Part shown: piece by piece, positions 48,803 to 62,135 of the stretch
Layout of the letters: every line of letters begins with the position of its first letter
Numbering within the stretch: the stretch's first letter is position 1
Assembly (NCBI GenBank): GCA_000388065.2
Contig: KB932201.1
Reading direction: 5' to 3' (one strand)
Length of the DNA: 64,000 nucleotides
Source: Fonticula alba ATCC 38817
Taxonomy: Eukaryota; Protista; Nucleariida
Notes under the pieces: model-generated
The model's input: the letters and a program-made list of their open reading frames with translations, nothing else
Told to the model about the DNA's origin: nothing
The model's database searches: none
Program-made: the position numbers and the translations under genes

Positions 48803-50874
48803 GATTGATTGGTGACGACGCTCCCCGGCAGGCGGCTTGGCTCGGGAGGGGGGGCGACGGGGCAGGGTAACGGGCGGCGAGGTGCGGTGGCGATGGGCGG
48901 GAGAAGGGGGAAGAGGAGACACAGGGGCAGGGGGCGGCAGGGAGGGGGCTGGCCAGGGCACCGTGCCCGGTGAACCGGGCCTGGGGGCCACTCTTCAAGG
49001 GGGCAGACAGGCCACAAGGAGGCGGAGGGGGGCGGGGTGCCCCGGGGCAGGCGCTCTAGCCGCGCGAGTGTCCCGAGGCCCCTCGGTGTGTCCTCCGCGC
49101 ATCGGCCTGCGGCCCCTGGCTGAGGGCCATGAGGCACGCATCTGGGGTGAAGGCGCTGCTCGCCCCNNNNNNNNNNNNGGAGCTGCCCTGCCTGCAAAGG
49201 GGAGAGAGCTACATGCTCGATCGCGCGAGGCAGGGGGTTGGGGAGTAGCGCGTACCTGGCACACCGGTGGCCAAGGACGCGCGGCGAGAGATCCCCCCTC
49301 GCCCGCCCCCGGGTGCCTGGCCCCCAGGTCAGTCGGGAGGGACGCATGTTCGGACCGGCGCCAGAACCAGCGTTTCGCTCTCTCGTCCCCCGCCCCGCCG
49401 CTCCTCCTCCCCCCGGAACAGATCGCCCCTGCGCACACTGTTGTCCAGTCCGACGACCGCGGCCTCGCCGGCTGCCGTGCCAGCACCCGGCAAGGGCTCT
49501 TGTCGGGGAAGGGGCGTGGGGTAGGTGTTCCATCCTTGTAACCAGCGCGCCCCTTAAATAAACCAAACGTAAATGACCATTCATGGCCACAGCAAGGATG
49601 AAATGGGCCTTGTGTTCGCCGCCTTGGATGCCGGGGCGCAGGAGACCGGGCGGCCTGCCCTTCACCAGGCCAAGAAAGCGCAGACGCCCGGAGCGCATGC
49701 CTTGAAGAGAGAGAGAGAGAGAGAGAGAGAAGCAAGGGCACCGAGAAAGTCCGCCCCCCGGTATGCCGGAGCCTGCATCTGTGGAGGTTGGGCAGGCGTG
49801 CGTGTTTGAGAGGAAAAGTACTTGGATGAAAGGACTCCCGGCCGCTTGCCATCGGCAGGGCGGTCGGGCCCGTCGGAGCGCGGCGTTCACACCCTAATAT
49901 CCCGGCAGCCCCCTCGGCCACCCGATTGAGTTATTTCTCGAGAATGACTGCAGCCCTCCCGGTCCCCCGCCCCGCCCCGCCCCCCCCCCCCCCCGGTGCC
50001 CGAGGAGCGGACAGCATGATCACGCTCCGCATCCCCTGGCGCCAGTGGCCGCGGGAAGCCTTCCCCCCCCCTCCATTCGGACCTCGCGCCTGGCCAGGGA
50101 CCTATTGCACACGCAAAGGGAAGCCGGTCTTAGCCGCCCCCGCCAGCACGCCTGCCCCTCGCCAGGGGGTGGCCACTTGCTGGTCTGTCGCCTGCCATTC
50201 GCTGCGAGGGCCATCCAGGGGTGTACCCGGGGGGGGGGGGGGGNNNNNNNNNNNNNNNNNNNNNNNNNNNNNNNNNNNNNNNNNNNNNNNNNNNNNNNNN
50301 NNNNNNNNNNNNNNNNNNNNNNNNNNNNNNNNNNNNNNNNNNNNNNNNNNNNNNNNNNNNNNNNNNNNNNNNNNNNNNNNNNNNNNNNNNNNNNNNNNNN
50401 NNNNNNNNNNNNNNNNNNNNNNNNNNNNNNNNNNNNNNNNNNNNNNNNNNNNNNNNNNNNNNNNNNNNNNNNNNNNNNNNNNNNNNNNNNNNNNNNNNNN
50501 NNNNNNNNNNNNNNNNNNNNNNNNNNNNNNNNNNNNNNNNNNNNNNNNNNNNNNNNNNNNNNNNNNNNNNNNNNNNNNNNNNNNNNNNGGGGCAGGGCTC
50601 CGCATTGGACCCAAGCCACGAACCATGCGGTGAAAGGTGAGCCATCCAAGGGGGGACACGCTGGCCAGTGGGAGGAGGCATCGGATGATGCAGCCCGTGC
50701 CGTGGCTATATTGCGGCGCGGCTCCAAACGCCAGTCTTTGCACAAGGTACCCGTGTGTGGGGAGTTGTGGCTCGGTATCCTGGGCAATTAGGCCCCAGGG
50801 GTGCCTCGAGGGCATGCGGCTCCGTAAGGCGTGAGTGCGCGCAGTGCCCGGCAAAGCAGTGGCGGACAGAGAGG

Positions 50875-50915
<41 letters not shown>

Positions 50916-53293
50916 GAGCCAAAGGCGAAGGTGCGGGGTACGTCAGTTTCCCGATCCCCTCGGAGGAAAGAGAGCAGGGCACAACTCGGGGTGGGGGAGT
51001 GAAACAGGCCCTTGGTCCTGGCGCTGGCTCCCCCGCCCCCGCCCCCCCCCCTCATCGCTCCCGCCCTGGCAAGGGCAGGAACAAAAGGGGACCGACAAGA
51101 GAGCGGCAAGCCGCCCCTGGATGCGCGATCTGGCCTCGAGTCGACTGGCGCCCCGCACGCCATCGCAAGGACCGACGGCGGGGGGGCTCACTTCCCCCGG
51201 CACCTTGATGAGGCGGGCCGGCCGACCGGCCAGCCGGCCGGGCGGGCACAGCACAATATCTCCACAGCTTTATTAACCATCGTGTCCCATGTGGCCACCA
51301 CACGCCTGGCCGGTGGCGGGGCCCGGGGGGCTTGCTCCCGGGTGGGGGGGGGGGGGGGACGAGGGGCAGGACACTACATCTGCCATCGTCGGGACGTGCC
51401 CGCCCAGGCTCGACAGGGCCGAGGCAAGGCGAGCACGCAGATTGATTGGTATCCTGTCGCGCCAGGAACGGGGGGTCAAGGAGGCCGGACACGCCCTTGC
51501 GCTCCTCTCGGCTCCCCCCATCCCCGGGCCGGGGAACGAGCGCCTACAAGTGGCTGAGGGTTTCCCCAAGCCAGGCTCGCAAGGAATTCCCCCTCCCCCT
51601 GGTTCATTGGGCCCAGGGCGGTTATCGACCAAGGCCGACATTCCATTCGGCCACCGAAACGAACACACAAGTACGCAGCAGGAGGCGCCAAGACCCGGAG
51701 AAGGGAGGGGCCGGGGGGTGGGGCGCAGGAACAGGGCCCCCCAAACGAGACCGAAGTACCGGGAGGGACGCAAAGGGGGGCGGGTGCGGGTGCGGGTGCG
51801 GGTGCCGGCGCCCGCGCCGGTGCAGGGGGGGGGCAACGGTCGGGAGGGTCAAAGGACCGCGTCACCCGGCATTCGGATGTCCACGGGCGCCGAGAGCGGG
51901 GCCCCAGGGCCGAAAAGTTGCCGGAGTGCGGGATACCGCCCGCTCGCCGAGACGACCAGGAGAATGGCTTGGAGAGTCCACACAACTGAGCAAGGTGGGG
52001 CGGGGGGCACCTCCCTTGTTGCTCACAGACAGGGACATCACCGCGCAAGAGCCGCGCGACCGACGTCCGCCGGTGGCCAAACGCAGCCGCCGGAGGTGGG
52101 GGGCCGGCCGGAGTCCCAGGGTGCAAGGCGGCATACCCTCCCCGCCCATCCCTCCGCCCTGCATCCCACAGGGACTCGAGGCAGGCCGCTCCCTCTTTTT
52201 GCATACACGCTCCCACGCCCCCCCCCCCCCCCCCCCCTTGGCTGACTCAACACCCCGCCGGCTCACAGGGTGGTGCTGCTCTACAGTTCAACTGGCCTCC
52301 TGATTGGACACGGCCGCTTCGGCACTTTCGTCAGACCCCCTCAGCTCCGGCCCCCCCCCCCCCTCCCCCCCTTGCCTCCGCCGGAGAAGAGGGGGTGCGT
52401 ACCCCCCCCACCCCCCCCCGTTGCCGGGGCGCGGCGCGTCAATGTGTCTCTGCATCTCGGACACACGCACAATCGCTCGTTCCAGCCAGGAAAATGGCAA
52501 GGTATGCCCCTCAGGAGCAGGTGGAATGCACGGCCGTGCAAATGCCCTCTAGATCACCTTCTCCGCGTGTGTTTAACTCGCTTCCTTTTGATCGTCCGGT
52601 CGGTTAAGTGGCGCGTTTGGTGCCATCTCCAAATTCCCAGGAGCGGCCGTCGGAATTTCGTTTCAAATGTACGTAGCCACGGGCTGCCGAGGGGCTTCGT
52701 CTTCTAGGCAGCCCCTCTTTTTGTCCCTCCGCCCCGCACGCCTGTGTGTGCCCCCGCACCCTCCTCCCCCCATTCTCCCCCAGCTGGCCGACTCTGCAGG
52801 CCTTTTCAATCCACTGGTCGTGGCCTTCTGAGAAGATTCCTCGCCCAGCCCGAGAGCACTCGACCGGAGTTGTGCGCCCCCCTCCAATGAGCCGACCACT
52901 TCTCCATCCTCGCCGTGGGCCGCAGCTCGATCAGGGGGCGGGGCGGGAAAGACCCGACGAACAACCGTCGAAGGCCGCCAATGTCAGCTGCGGCCAGCAC
53001 CCTGGGGAGAAGCCGCTGGACAAAAAGCGAGAGAAGGGGGCGAGAGGGGCTTGCTGACTAGAGGAAACGCCCTCATCGAGCGGCGCCCAAAGGCCGGGGC
53101 CATGGAAACGGGCACACGCACGCAAGTTCAGCAGCCCCCTCCCCCGCGCCCATCCCCCTCTACCCCTCCCTCCTCCCCTGACTTTTGGATTGACGCTGCC
53201 CACCCTCTTTGAGCCCATAACCAGCGCGACGTCCTCTCCCTCTTCCGCCCCTCTCCCCCCTCCCTTCCTCCATCTGCTCAACTCTGCGCAAAC

Positions 53294-53480
53294 ATGGCAT
53301 CCAATCAGCCCATCGACCTATGGAAACCCTTTCACTTTATTTCGCTGGCCAGCGACAGTTCGGCTCAGCGCCCGCAGTTTCGCATCAACGAACAGGCTGT
53401 TAGGGCTCTCGAGAAGATGAGGGTCCCCATTTCAGTGCGTTCCCCCTTCGATCCCTGCAAGGACTTGCGTCTGCCCCTCT

Positions 53481-53512
<32 letters not shown>

Positions 53513-55962
53513 ACGCACACACACACACACGCGCTCGCGCGCGCGCGCGCGCGCGCGTATACATGGCTCTTACGCCCATGGATTTCCCAACTGTCGACGA
53601 CTGACTCGATCATCATGCAGGTGGTGGGCATTGTCGGTCTCTATCGCACTGGCAAGTCGTATGTTCTGAATCGCCTGTCTGGCCGGCAGTCGGGCGCTGG
53701 CGGCTTCGCTCTTGGATCCACCATTGGTCCGTCCACCCCTCCATCCCCGGGCGCCCCGGCCCCGCTTTGCAATTCCCCCCTCTCCCTATCCCTGCCACCC
53801 TCGGCTGACCGGTCTGGATGGTCTAGAACCCTGCACACGCGGCATCTGGGCCTGTCTGGTGGATCCCGACGCCGTCAGGCGCGAGTTCCCGGGCGTGGAT
53901 CTCCCCGGCATCCAAACCTCGGTCTGCCTGCTGCTGGATACCGAGGGGCTTGGGTCATATGCGGCAGATCGGACGCACGATGCCTCGGTCTTCGCCCTGG
54001 CCATTCGCCTATCCTCGCTGCTGGTGTACAATTCGGTTGGCTCCATCGATGAGGGGGCCCTTGAGAAACTTGGGTACGCGTGCTGATCGGCGCCGCCCCA
54101 CATGCCGCTCCACATGCGGCCACCGACTGACTGGCCCCTGCCTCCTGCTGGCGACCCTACCTTCGGCCTTGCTTTCCCCCTGCCACCCGCAGCCTTGTCG
54201 TCGAGTTGACCCGGCAATTGTCAACCAAGGACAAGGCCAATGCCGGCGGCAGTGGCGGCAAGAACAACCTCATCGACGCCCTGGACAGCCCGCGCTTCAT
54301 CTGGCTGCTGCGGGACTTCAGCCTGAAGCTGGAGACCTCGGATGGGCGAAAGATCACCCCGGCCGAGTATCTGGAGCATGCATTGCAGGTGGTGCCGGAG
54401 CCGCGGGCGGCACTCGCCGCAGGGGGAGCCTCCGCCTCCTCGTCGAAGAACCAAACTCGCGCGTCCATCTCCCGGGCCTTCCCGAACCGCGGGTGCCATG
54501 CCCTTCGGCGACCCGTGCGCGATGAGGCCGACCTGCAGGCCCTCGGCCGGGGCGACCGCCAGATCGAGCAGGCCCTCCGGCCGGAGTTCCTGACCGATGT
54601 GGATGCCTTTATCCGAGATGTGTACCGCGAGTTGCCGGTGGTGCGCGCACGCGGTGTGCCGATGAACGGCCAGAGTGCGTGCCGACCACCCGCCAAAAGC
54701 GGCCGTGGACCAATGCACTTTTCGATCCAAATGCGCAGCACGTACTGACACGCAAAAACCATCCCCGCCCGCTCCCCCGGCCAAAACGTCCCCACACAAC
54801 AAACACACAGTGTACATCGACTATGTTGAGGCGGTGGTCAAGTCCATCAATGCCGGGGCTTTGCCTGTCCTGTCATCCACCTATGCCAGCGTGCTCTCAT
54901 CGCAGAAGGCCCGCATGTGCGAGGCACTGCTCCAGGAGTTCGATCGTCAGGTTGCACACCTCAGCGCGCCCGTGCCCGCGGGAACTCCGCCCGTCCAGAT
55001 GGATGACTTTGACCAGCTTCTCTCGCGTGCCCGATCGGCCTTTGCACACATCTCCATCATGTATGCCGGTGACCTGGCCGAGACGGCCTCCCTGCCCGGG
55101 GACTTTGCCCTGCCCGCCGGGTCCGAGGCCAGTGATCTGATTGGCTGGAGGGCTTTCGAGCGGGAACTGCTCAATCGTCGCCAGAACTTCGAGCGTGCGC
55201 TGACTGACGCCTCGCGCACCGTGTGCATTCGTCTGGCCGAAGAGCTTCTGGACGATTTCCGGTTCGTCTCCCCCATCAGAGCGTGGTCTCTGGTCCTGCC
55301 CCTTCCTGGCATCACGCTTTCCCTCTTTTTTTTCTCCATCCCCTCTCTCCTCTCTCCTCTCTCTCCTCTCTCCTCTCTCCTCTCTCTTCTCTCTCCTCTC
55401 TCCTCTCTCCTCTCTCGCTTTCCCTCTTTTTTTTCTCCATCCCCTCTCTCCTCTCCTCTCTCTCCTCTCTCCTCTCCCCTCTCCCCTCTCCCCTCTCCCC
55501 TCTCTCCTCTCTTCGTATATATGCACACCCCGCCCCCCCCCCTCCCCCTGCCCATTTCCATTGACGCTCTACAATGGCCCCCCTCCCAGGGACGAGTGCG
55601 ATAGCCTCGACAGTTGGGATCTCTTCTCTGCGGCAGCTGATGAGCTCCTTTCCAAGTACGATCGCGCGGCCATCGGCCCGGCCCGGCATCTGCCCCACCG
55701 GATGCTGATGCGATCGATCGTAGACTCGGGGTCGGCATTGGCGGCGGCACTGGCGCGCGAGGAGCGTCAGACGCTTGAGCGCTCTTTCCAGGCGGAGCTG
55801 GACCACGCCACAACCCGAGCCCGGCGTCTTGAGACCGAGGCCGAGCACTCGCAGAAGACGGTCGATCGTGCCCGAGCCGAGGCTACTCGTCTCAATAATG
55901 AGAACATTGCCCTGATGAAGTCCCTGGAGAAGGTGGCCGACGCGCTGACCGACATGCGATGA
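53294..55962 (+). CDS. Guanylate-binding protein (GBP1-like, GB1/RHD3 dynamin-superfamily GTPase); 6 exons
   Basis: VVGIVGLYRTGKSYVLNRL (G1), GFALGSTIEPCTRGIW (G2), LLLDTEGLG (G3), DASVFALAIRLSSLLVYNSVGSID, FIWLLRDFSL (G4), ITPAEYLE, LRPEF, NGQMYIDYVEAVVKSINAGALP, then a helical stalk and a coiled-coil end. The order is collinear with vertebrate GBP1. Confidence 0.92.
53480..53564. repeat. Alternating purine-pyrimidine tract (CA)n/(CG)n with Z-DNA potential, in GBP intron 1
   Basis: About 85 bp of near-continuous RY alternation that includes a pure (CG)n block. Confidence 0.7.
55315..55510. repeat. CTCTC pentamer array with a ~100-bp internal duplication, in GBP intron 5
   Basis: The block cgctttccctcttttttttctccatcccctctctcctctc occurs at about 55315 and again at about 55416, separated by (CTCTC)n. 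Confidence 0.75.
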
Positions 55963-57143
55963 GCGTGCTTCTGGGCCATCAGTGCGGCTGTGCTTGAAAT
56001 AGACCCTCGTGACCGGGGCTGCTCGTGATTCGAAGTCGTCTCTTTTCCAAGCCCCGGGCTGAAGAGCGTCTACTCGAGGGAGGGGGGCGGGGGGGGGGCC
56101 AGGGCAAGCCAAATGCCCAGAGACGTCCGGGCGACGCGCATGTTAACAGCCTTCTAGCACATGCCCGAAAGTGGACAAAGAAAGGCCCTCGGCCCGCGCC
56201 CTGGGTGCCCAAGGGAGCAGGAGGGAGAAGCAATGCCCGCGATCAATACATTCCGATGGCGGTCTGCCAGCCAACCGGGCCGTGTTCCCTCGGCCACTAA
56301 CCTAGGAAGGGACAGGCTTGAGCATGCCCCCCCCCCCCCCACCGCCCTCCTCGTCCCGTCTTCGCTCGTTGACCAACCCTGCCCGAGGGGGTTTGGACTT
56401 GTTGCACGAGCCCGAATAACTGACGACAACACCGGCATGCGGAGACGCCCACGCGTGCGCCCGAGCGCGGAGTGCGTTGCCCATATGGGATGTAAGAGGG
56501 GGCCAGGGCTTCAGAGGCGCGGAAATGGCGCGGTCCTGGCGCATCTCCGGCGCCGGCACAATGTGCCGGAGAAATGCGCCCCGGCGAGCAGGAATACGGC
56601 TGAGGTGCTGGGCGCCGCGTCCCTCGAGCCCGGGATGGCTGACTGGCCCGGCATCCGGGTCGTGGCGGAAAATGCCGCGGGCGATATTTGGCAAATCGCG
56701 CGCCGGAGAGGAGAGAATGCGCCAGAGGCTGGCCGCGGGCCGGAGAAACGCATGACAGACGGCGGGGAATGTGCCCTGGCGGTCGGCGATCAAGGAACGG
56801 CGACAGGAGAATGGAGCAGGATCATTTTTTGCTGATCTCCCTCGAGCGAATGCATGAGTTATGCCAGGCAGTGGCGGGGGCAATATTGTGCGGCAGCACA
56901 ACGCCGCTCGCGGCGCCACGCCCCCGCCGCCGCGCGCCGGACTCGCGGGGATTTGGCCCCCCCATTCCATGCCGCGGCATCGGGGCGACCGTCTGGTGAA
57001 AGCCGGCGCCCATCCAACCGTCGGGGATTTCGGCTGACTGGCGAGCGAGACGAGGTCTCCCAGGGCGAATGTCCCCTCTCTCCCGGTCATCCTGGTCCAA
57101 GGCTGGTGGAAGAGTTCGGGCGCGAGACTCCCGCGGCCCCCCG

Positions 57144-57182
<39 letters not shown>

Positions 57183-57192
57183 ACCCCCCCCC

Positions 57193-57225
<33 letters not shown>

Positions 57226-58733
57226 CCCCCCCCCCCCCCCCCCCCCCCCCACACACCTGGCAGGAAATAAACCGTCTGCCCTCCTGGAGGGGGCATCTCC
57301 CTGTCAGGATGGGCCGCAGCCACCAGTGCCAACTCTCAACAGGGACCTCTAGAGAGGCCACTGGCTCCTCGGCTGGGGACGCCCTGCCGCCTCGCCCCCC
57401 CCCTGACGTGGTGAAAGGCCACCGTATGCGCATGCAGGCGGACCAGCGTTCCCCCCCCCCTCAGGACCCGGCGGCCACGAACTCCGAGCCCGCGGGCGCC
57501 TCCCCCTGCCAGACACTTTCGGAAAAGCGGTCCAGGCGCCAGGCCCCCTGCGTGCAGATCGTTCGATCGTTCGGTTGGCCCCAGCTCTCGGGTTTCACAT
57601 GGCGGCAAACGCTTTCGGTCACGGCGATCCCCGAGGGGGGCGGCCGGGGTGGAAGGCGAGGACTCATCGCCCGCCCCCGGGCATGCCCCTGCCCGGCCTC
57701 CGCCCAGCCCTCGAGGTCGCGGCCCGGGCTCCCCCCGCGAGCGAGAGGACCCCGGAGCCCAACAGAGGGTGTGGGATGCAGCGCGGCGGGATGGGTGCCC
57801 GAGGGGGAGGGGTGTTCAGCACGAGCCCGGCCCCCCCCCCCCCCCCCCCGGGAGGCCCGGCACACGCCGCACGCTGCCATTACACTATCCCAGTTCAGGC
57901 CCGCCGGTAGCCGCCAATGGAGCACCCCGGCGCGACTCGCCGCCCTCCCGCGAGGGTAAGGCCGCACGGTGCTTTCCAGGAAGACACGGCCCCGGGGTCC
58001 CGTGTGGTCGGCCAACGGGCCTCGAGCCCTCTTCTCGCCGGGTGGGGCAGGACGGCCGTCGCAAGATCCCGCACGGGCCCCGGGGGCGCACATGGCAGAG
58101 GCGTGCCCGCCATCCGCCTCGCACCGGGGCGAGAGGGATCACCGACAGGGCCACCCGGAGCGCGGGGGCCGAACACACGGACGCCCGCCGAATGCCAGCC
58201 CGCGCATAGTCCCAGTCCATGAGACAAGAGTGGGCCCATGCACGGGGAGGAGGCCCCAGTCTGTCGGGAGGGGGGGGGGACACAAGCATCCTGCCTGAGG
58301 GGTTATAGCGCCTCTTGCACTGGCCTCTAATCAGGGCCGGGGGGGGGGACATGGCGTGCCGGCCCACTTGCGGCGCTCCCCGCAGCGCTGTCGCGCCGTC
58401 GCGGTCATTCTTGCCTACCAGGAAAACGGGATGGGGGCTCCGCTTTCTTGGCCAGGGCATCTATGAATGGGGAGGGGGGGCATGCGTGTCAGTCCGGACT
58501 CGGGGACGGCGGTTCCCCTCTGGGCAAGTCTGCACCTCCTCGGCCCTGCCCCCGCCAACCCGCCCGGAGGGCGCGAGGGGCACGGGCAGGGGAGGATAAG
58601 AGCCGCCTCTTCGAATCGCCACTACCCAGGTTGCCACATCCCCCATCAGTGTGACGCCCGATCCCGCCTCGCATTCCCCTCCCCCCCCCCTGCCCTCTCC
58701 CGCGCACGCACATACCCACCCACACCAGCAACC

Positions 58734-59391
58734 ATGAGCGACAACTCCTACCCCCCTCCCGCCGACACCAAGCAGGACGCCCCCCCCGCCTCCGGTGGTG
58801 GCAACACCTCTGTCAGCGTCTCCGTCTCGGCGGTCTTTAGCCTGCGCGGCCTCCTGCGTATGGCTCTCTTCTCCTGCGCCCTCATCGGTGTCATTCTCTG
58901 TGGCCATGGCTTCGGTGCTGGTGGCTGGTACACCTTCGTGGCCGTTTGCTCTCTCCTCTTCTGTCTCTACTTCATCATCCACTATGCCTTCCTGGGCAGC
59001 CTCTACCCCAGCAGCTTCGCCGCCTTCTGCCCTTCGATTGAGTTCTGGTTCGATTCTACCTGGACTGTGTTCTGGCTGATCGCCGCCATCGTCGTCTTTG
59101 TGGATTACCACCACTTTGGCCGTCTCATCGCGGCTGGTGTGTTCGGGTGCGTTCTCAACATCATCCCCCACTGGCCCCTCCCTTTCTTTTTTTTTTCCCT
59201 GGTCCAGCGCCCGATGTTCCCCGGGCGCGCCTCCTCCTTGGCCCATCCCCCCGCCCGCCCCCTGGTGGTCACGCATCACTGACACCATACCGCACATGTC
59301 CAGTCTGGTTTGCGCTGGTCTCCACGGCGTGCTGGCCATCATGATGTGTGCCCATGCCCGGTGCAACGGCGCCATCACCATCACCGTCTAA
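58734..59391 (+). CDS. MARVEL-domain tetraspan membrane protein (MAL/CMTM-like); 2 exons
   Basis: Four hydrophobic helices with MARVEL-like motifs: FSLRGLLRMALF, IEFWFDSTWTVFWLIAAI and LIAAGVFGLVCAGLHGV. The intron GTGCGT...GTCCAG keeps the frame. Confidence 0.75.
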
Positions 59392-61747
59392 GGGGGGGAG
59401 CAGCAGTGGACGTGTGTGCCCCTCTCCCGCCCATTTTTTCTCGTACCTCGACGCTGTTGTCCCGTGTACCTGTCAGTTTCCCCGGCATCTTTTTCCTGTC
59501 CCCAGCCCGTCGCCGGGCGCGGACTCTCTGCTTCTTGCATTCTCCCCTGCCCCTCTCCTCCCCGTTGTTCTCGGGGGAGGAGTAAAGCACGCCCCAGCGC
59601 GCGCGCCTCACCGAAGTCTGCGCAGCACGAGAATGAGTATCCTCTCGGCGCGCGCATGTGCTGCGCGCGTGCCCTCCCTACCATGCTGGGGTATATCCAC
59701 ACGCAATATACATACATAAACCACAAAGCCACACACCCGCGCGCGGCGCAATATGCACGGAAGGGTAGCGAGCTTGCCGGCGACACCGAAGAGCTCCCCG
59801 CGGCTCGTGCATATGTGTGCGAGAGGGGGGGGGGGATGAGGCACAGGGAAGGGGGATTCTGTCCAGAATGCGCGGCTCTCCACACACGAGCGGGAAAGTT
59901 GGCATGGATGCCAGTTGATCGTGAGCTGTAGCGAGGAGCCAGCGAAGTGGGCAATCCAAGCGGCCTCCGGCAACGTGCGGGCGGACGGCGAGGGCGGGGG
60001 GGGGGGGGAGGCAGCAAATCAGCCCACTGGCATGGGGGTGGAGGGGGGATAAAAGGGGCAAAGAGGGCGAGGCATGTGCGAACTGTCCTCCCTCCCCCCG
60101 CTCCCTGCCCGGCCACATACCAAACACAGGTACGCACGGTGCACGACCAGCTGATGCCGGCGGCGGAGGTCCCCTCGCCTGACGGGGGGAACAACTGCCG
60201 CCCCCGGGGGTGGCAGGCAATACAAGCCGAAGAAACAAGGCCCGCGGCAGGCTTGGAGAGAAAGGGCGCACCAGCCGTGAACAACAATCCCTGGCATGTG
60301 GGAGGGGGGGAGGGGGGGGGGGGGCGAGGGTGTGCCACCGGGGCCCCATACCGCGGTGTGCCTACCGCGGTGCGCCCACCCTGCCCACAGGGCGCCGGCC
60401 CAAAGAGGAATGCGAAATGTGGCCGGGTGATGTCCACATGCGTGATTCTGGATCCTCTCGAAGATGATCATGTTATCTCTCTGGTGATTGATCCGCCCGC
60501 TGGAGTTTTGGGAGCCCCCCGGGGGGGGGGGCGCGCGCGTCCACAGGGGCCAGCGCCGGCGCGTGCGGAGGTATTTGCAGACACGGTTGAAAAAGGATGC
60601 GGCGACGGAAAAACACTCGGAGCGCCAAGATGCGGCGCGCTATGGGCCCTGCGGGGTCGACGGAATTCGGACGAGGAAGGGGAGACGCCGATGGACCTTG
60701 ATGAGCGGCTTTTAGGGCGTTCGGCCGAAGAAGAACAGGCACACGGGGTGTTGGGTATTTGTCCATTTTCGGGCGCGCTCGAGCGGAAAGGCGCCCGCCT
60801 CTCCTTTTGCCCAGCTCCCTCCCGCCATGGCCATAACCCTGTGCATGCTCTGGCGCATCACCCGCCCGTGCGCACGCGGAGGCGGGAAGGACACGGGCGA
60901 GCGAGCGAGCGAGCGAGCGAGCGAGCACAGGCGGCTCGAGGGGTGACGGAGGACCACTTGCGCCAGCGTCCAGGGAGCGCGGAAAGCGGATTGTCTGTGC
61001 ATTCCTTTCGCAGAGTCAAAAGGCGGGGGATTGTATCTTGTAAAGTCGGTATTATTTGTCTTCATTTTTTGGTTTCCGCGCCGTTCGGACTCCATCCCCG
61101 AGGAGGAGCAGGGGCGGGCACAACCCGATTGTTTTTTTGTTTTTTTTTTTTCGCGACCCTCTCTGGCCGGATGGTGGGTGGGGCTGTTTGTATGCTCTAC
61201 CTCGACTCCGGGTGCATGGGACCCGAGACGGGCGGGGGCGGCCGGGCCGGCGACGAGAAACCCAGCCCGATCCCCCTTTTGTCCTGCTCCCAATACATGC
61301 GTCGTGCTCTTTCCCCGCCCCCCCTCCCCGGCCCTGAGCTGCGGGCCNNNNNNNNNNNNNNNNNNNNNNNNNNNNNNNNNNNNNNNNNNNNNNNNNNNNN
61401 NNNNNNNNNNNNNNNNNNNNNNNNNNNNNNNNNNNNNNNNNNNNNNNNNNNNNNNNNNNNNNNNNNNNNNNNNNNNNNNNNNNNNNNNNNNNNNNNNNNN
61501 NNNNNNNNNNNNNNNNNNNNNNNNNNNNNNNNNNNNNNNNNNNNNNNNNNNNNNNNNNNNNNNNNNNNNNNNNNNNNNNNNNNNNNNNNNNNNNNNNNNN
61601 NNNNNNNNNNNNNNNNNNNNNNNNNNNNNNNNNNNNNNNNNNNNNNNNNNNNNNNNNNNNNNNNNNNNNNNNNNNNNNNNNNNNNNNNNNNNNNNNNNNN
61701 NNNNNNNNNNNNNNNNNNNNNNNNNNNNNNNNNNNNNNNNNNNNNNN

Positions 61748-61783
<36 letters not shown>

Positions 61784-62135
61784 CGACGCGTGCGTGGGAG
61801 GCGGAGGGCGGCCACCACGGCAAGGAAGGAGGGCGGGGCTGTTTGTGTGGGCCTCGCGCGCCCTCCGGCCCCTTCTTCCCCTGACACTGCTCGGTGCGCT
61901 TGCCGGTGCTACCCGGGGCCCGACCGCGGGCAGGCAGCCCCTGGCCCGGCTGCACCTAGCGTGTGTGTGTGCGTGTGTGTGCGTGCGCGCGCGCGCGCGC
62001 GCGTCGCTCCCCGGCGCGGAGGACGATGCGCGCGGGATTGGCCCATTCTTCTTTTATGTGGTAGTCTCTAAATGCCGCCATGGAGGATGGCCTAAATCCC
62101 CCTTGCTGCGTCGTAGCATAGTTGAACCCTTTTTG

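Noticed and set aside
59947-61884. 645-aa plus-strand ORF
   Set aside because: It spans a 420-nt gap, uses a non-ATG start, and has no recognisable motifs or codon bias.
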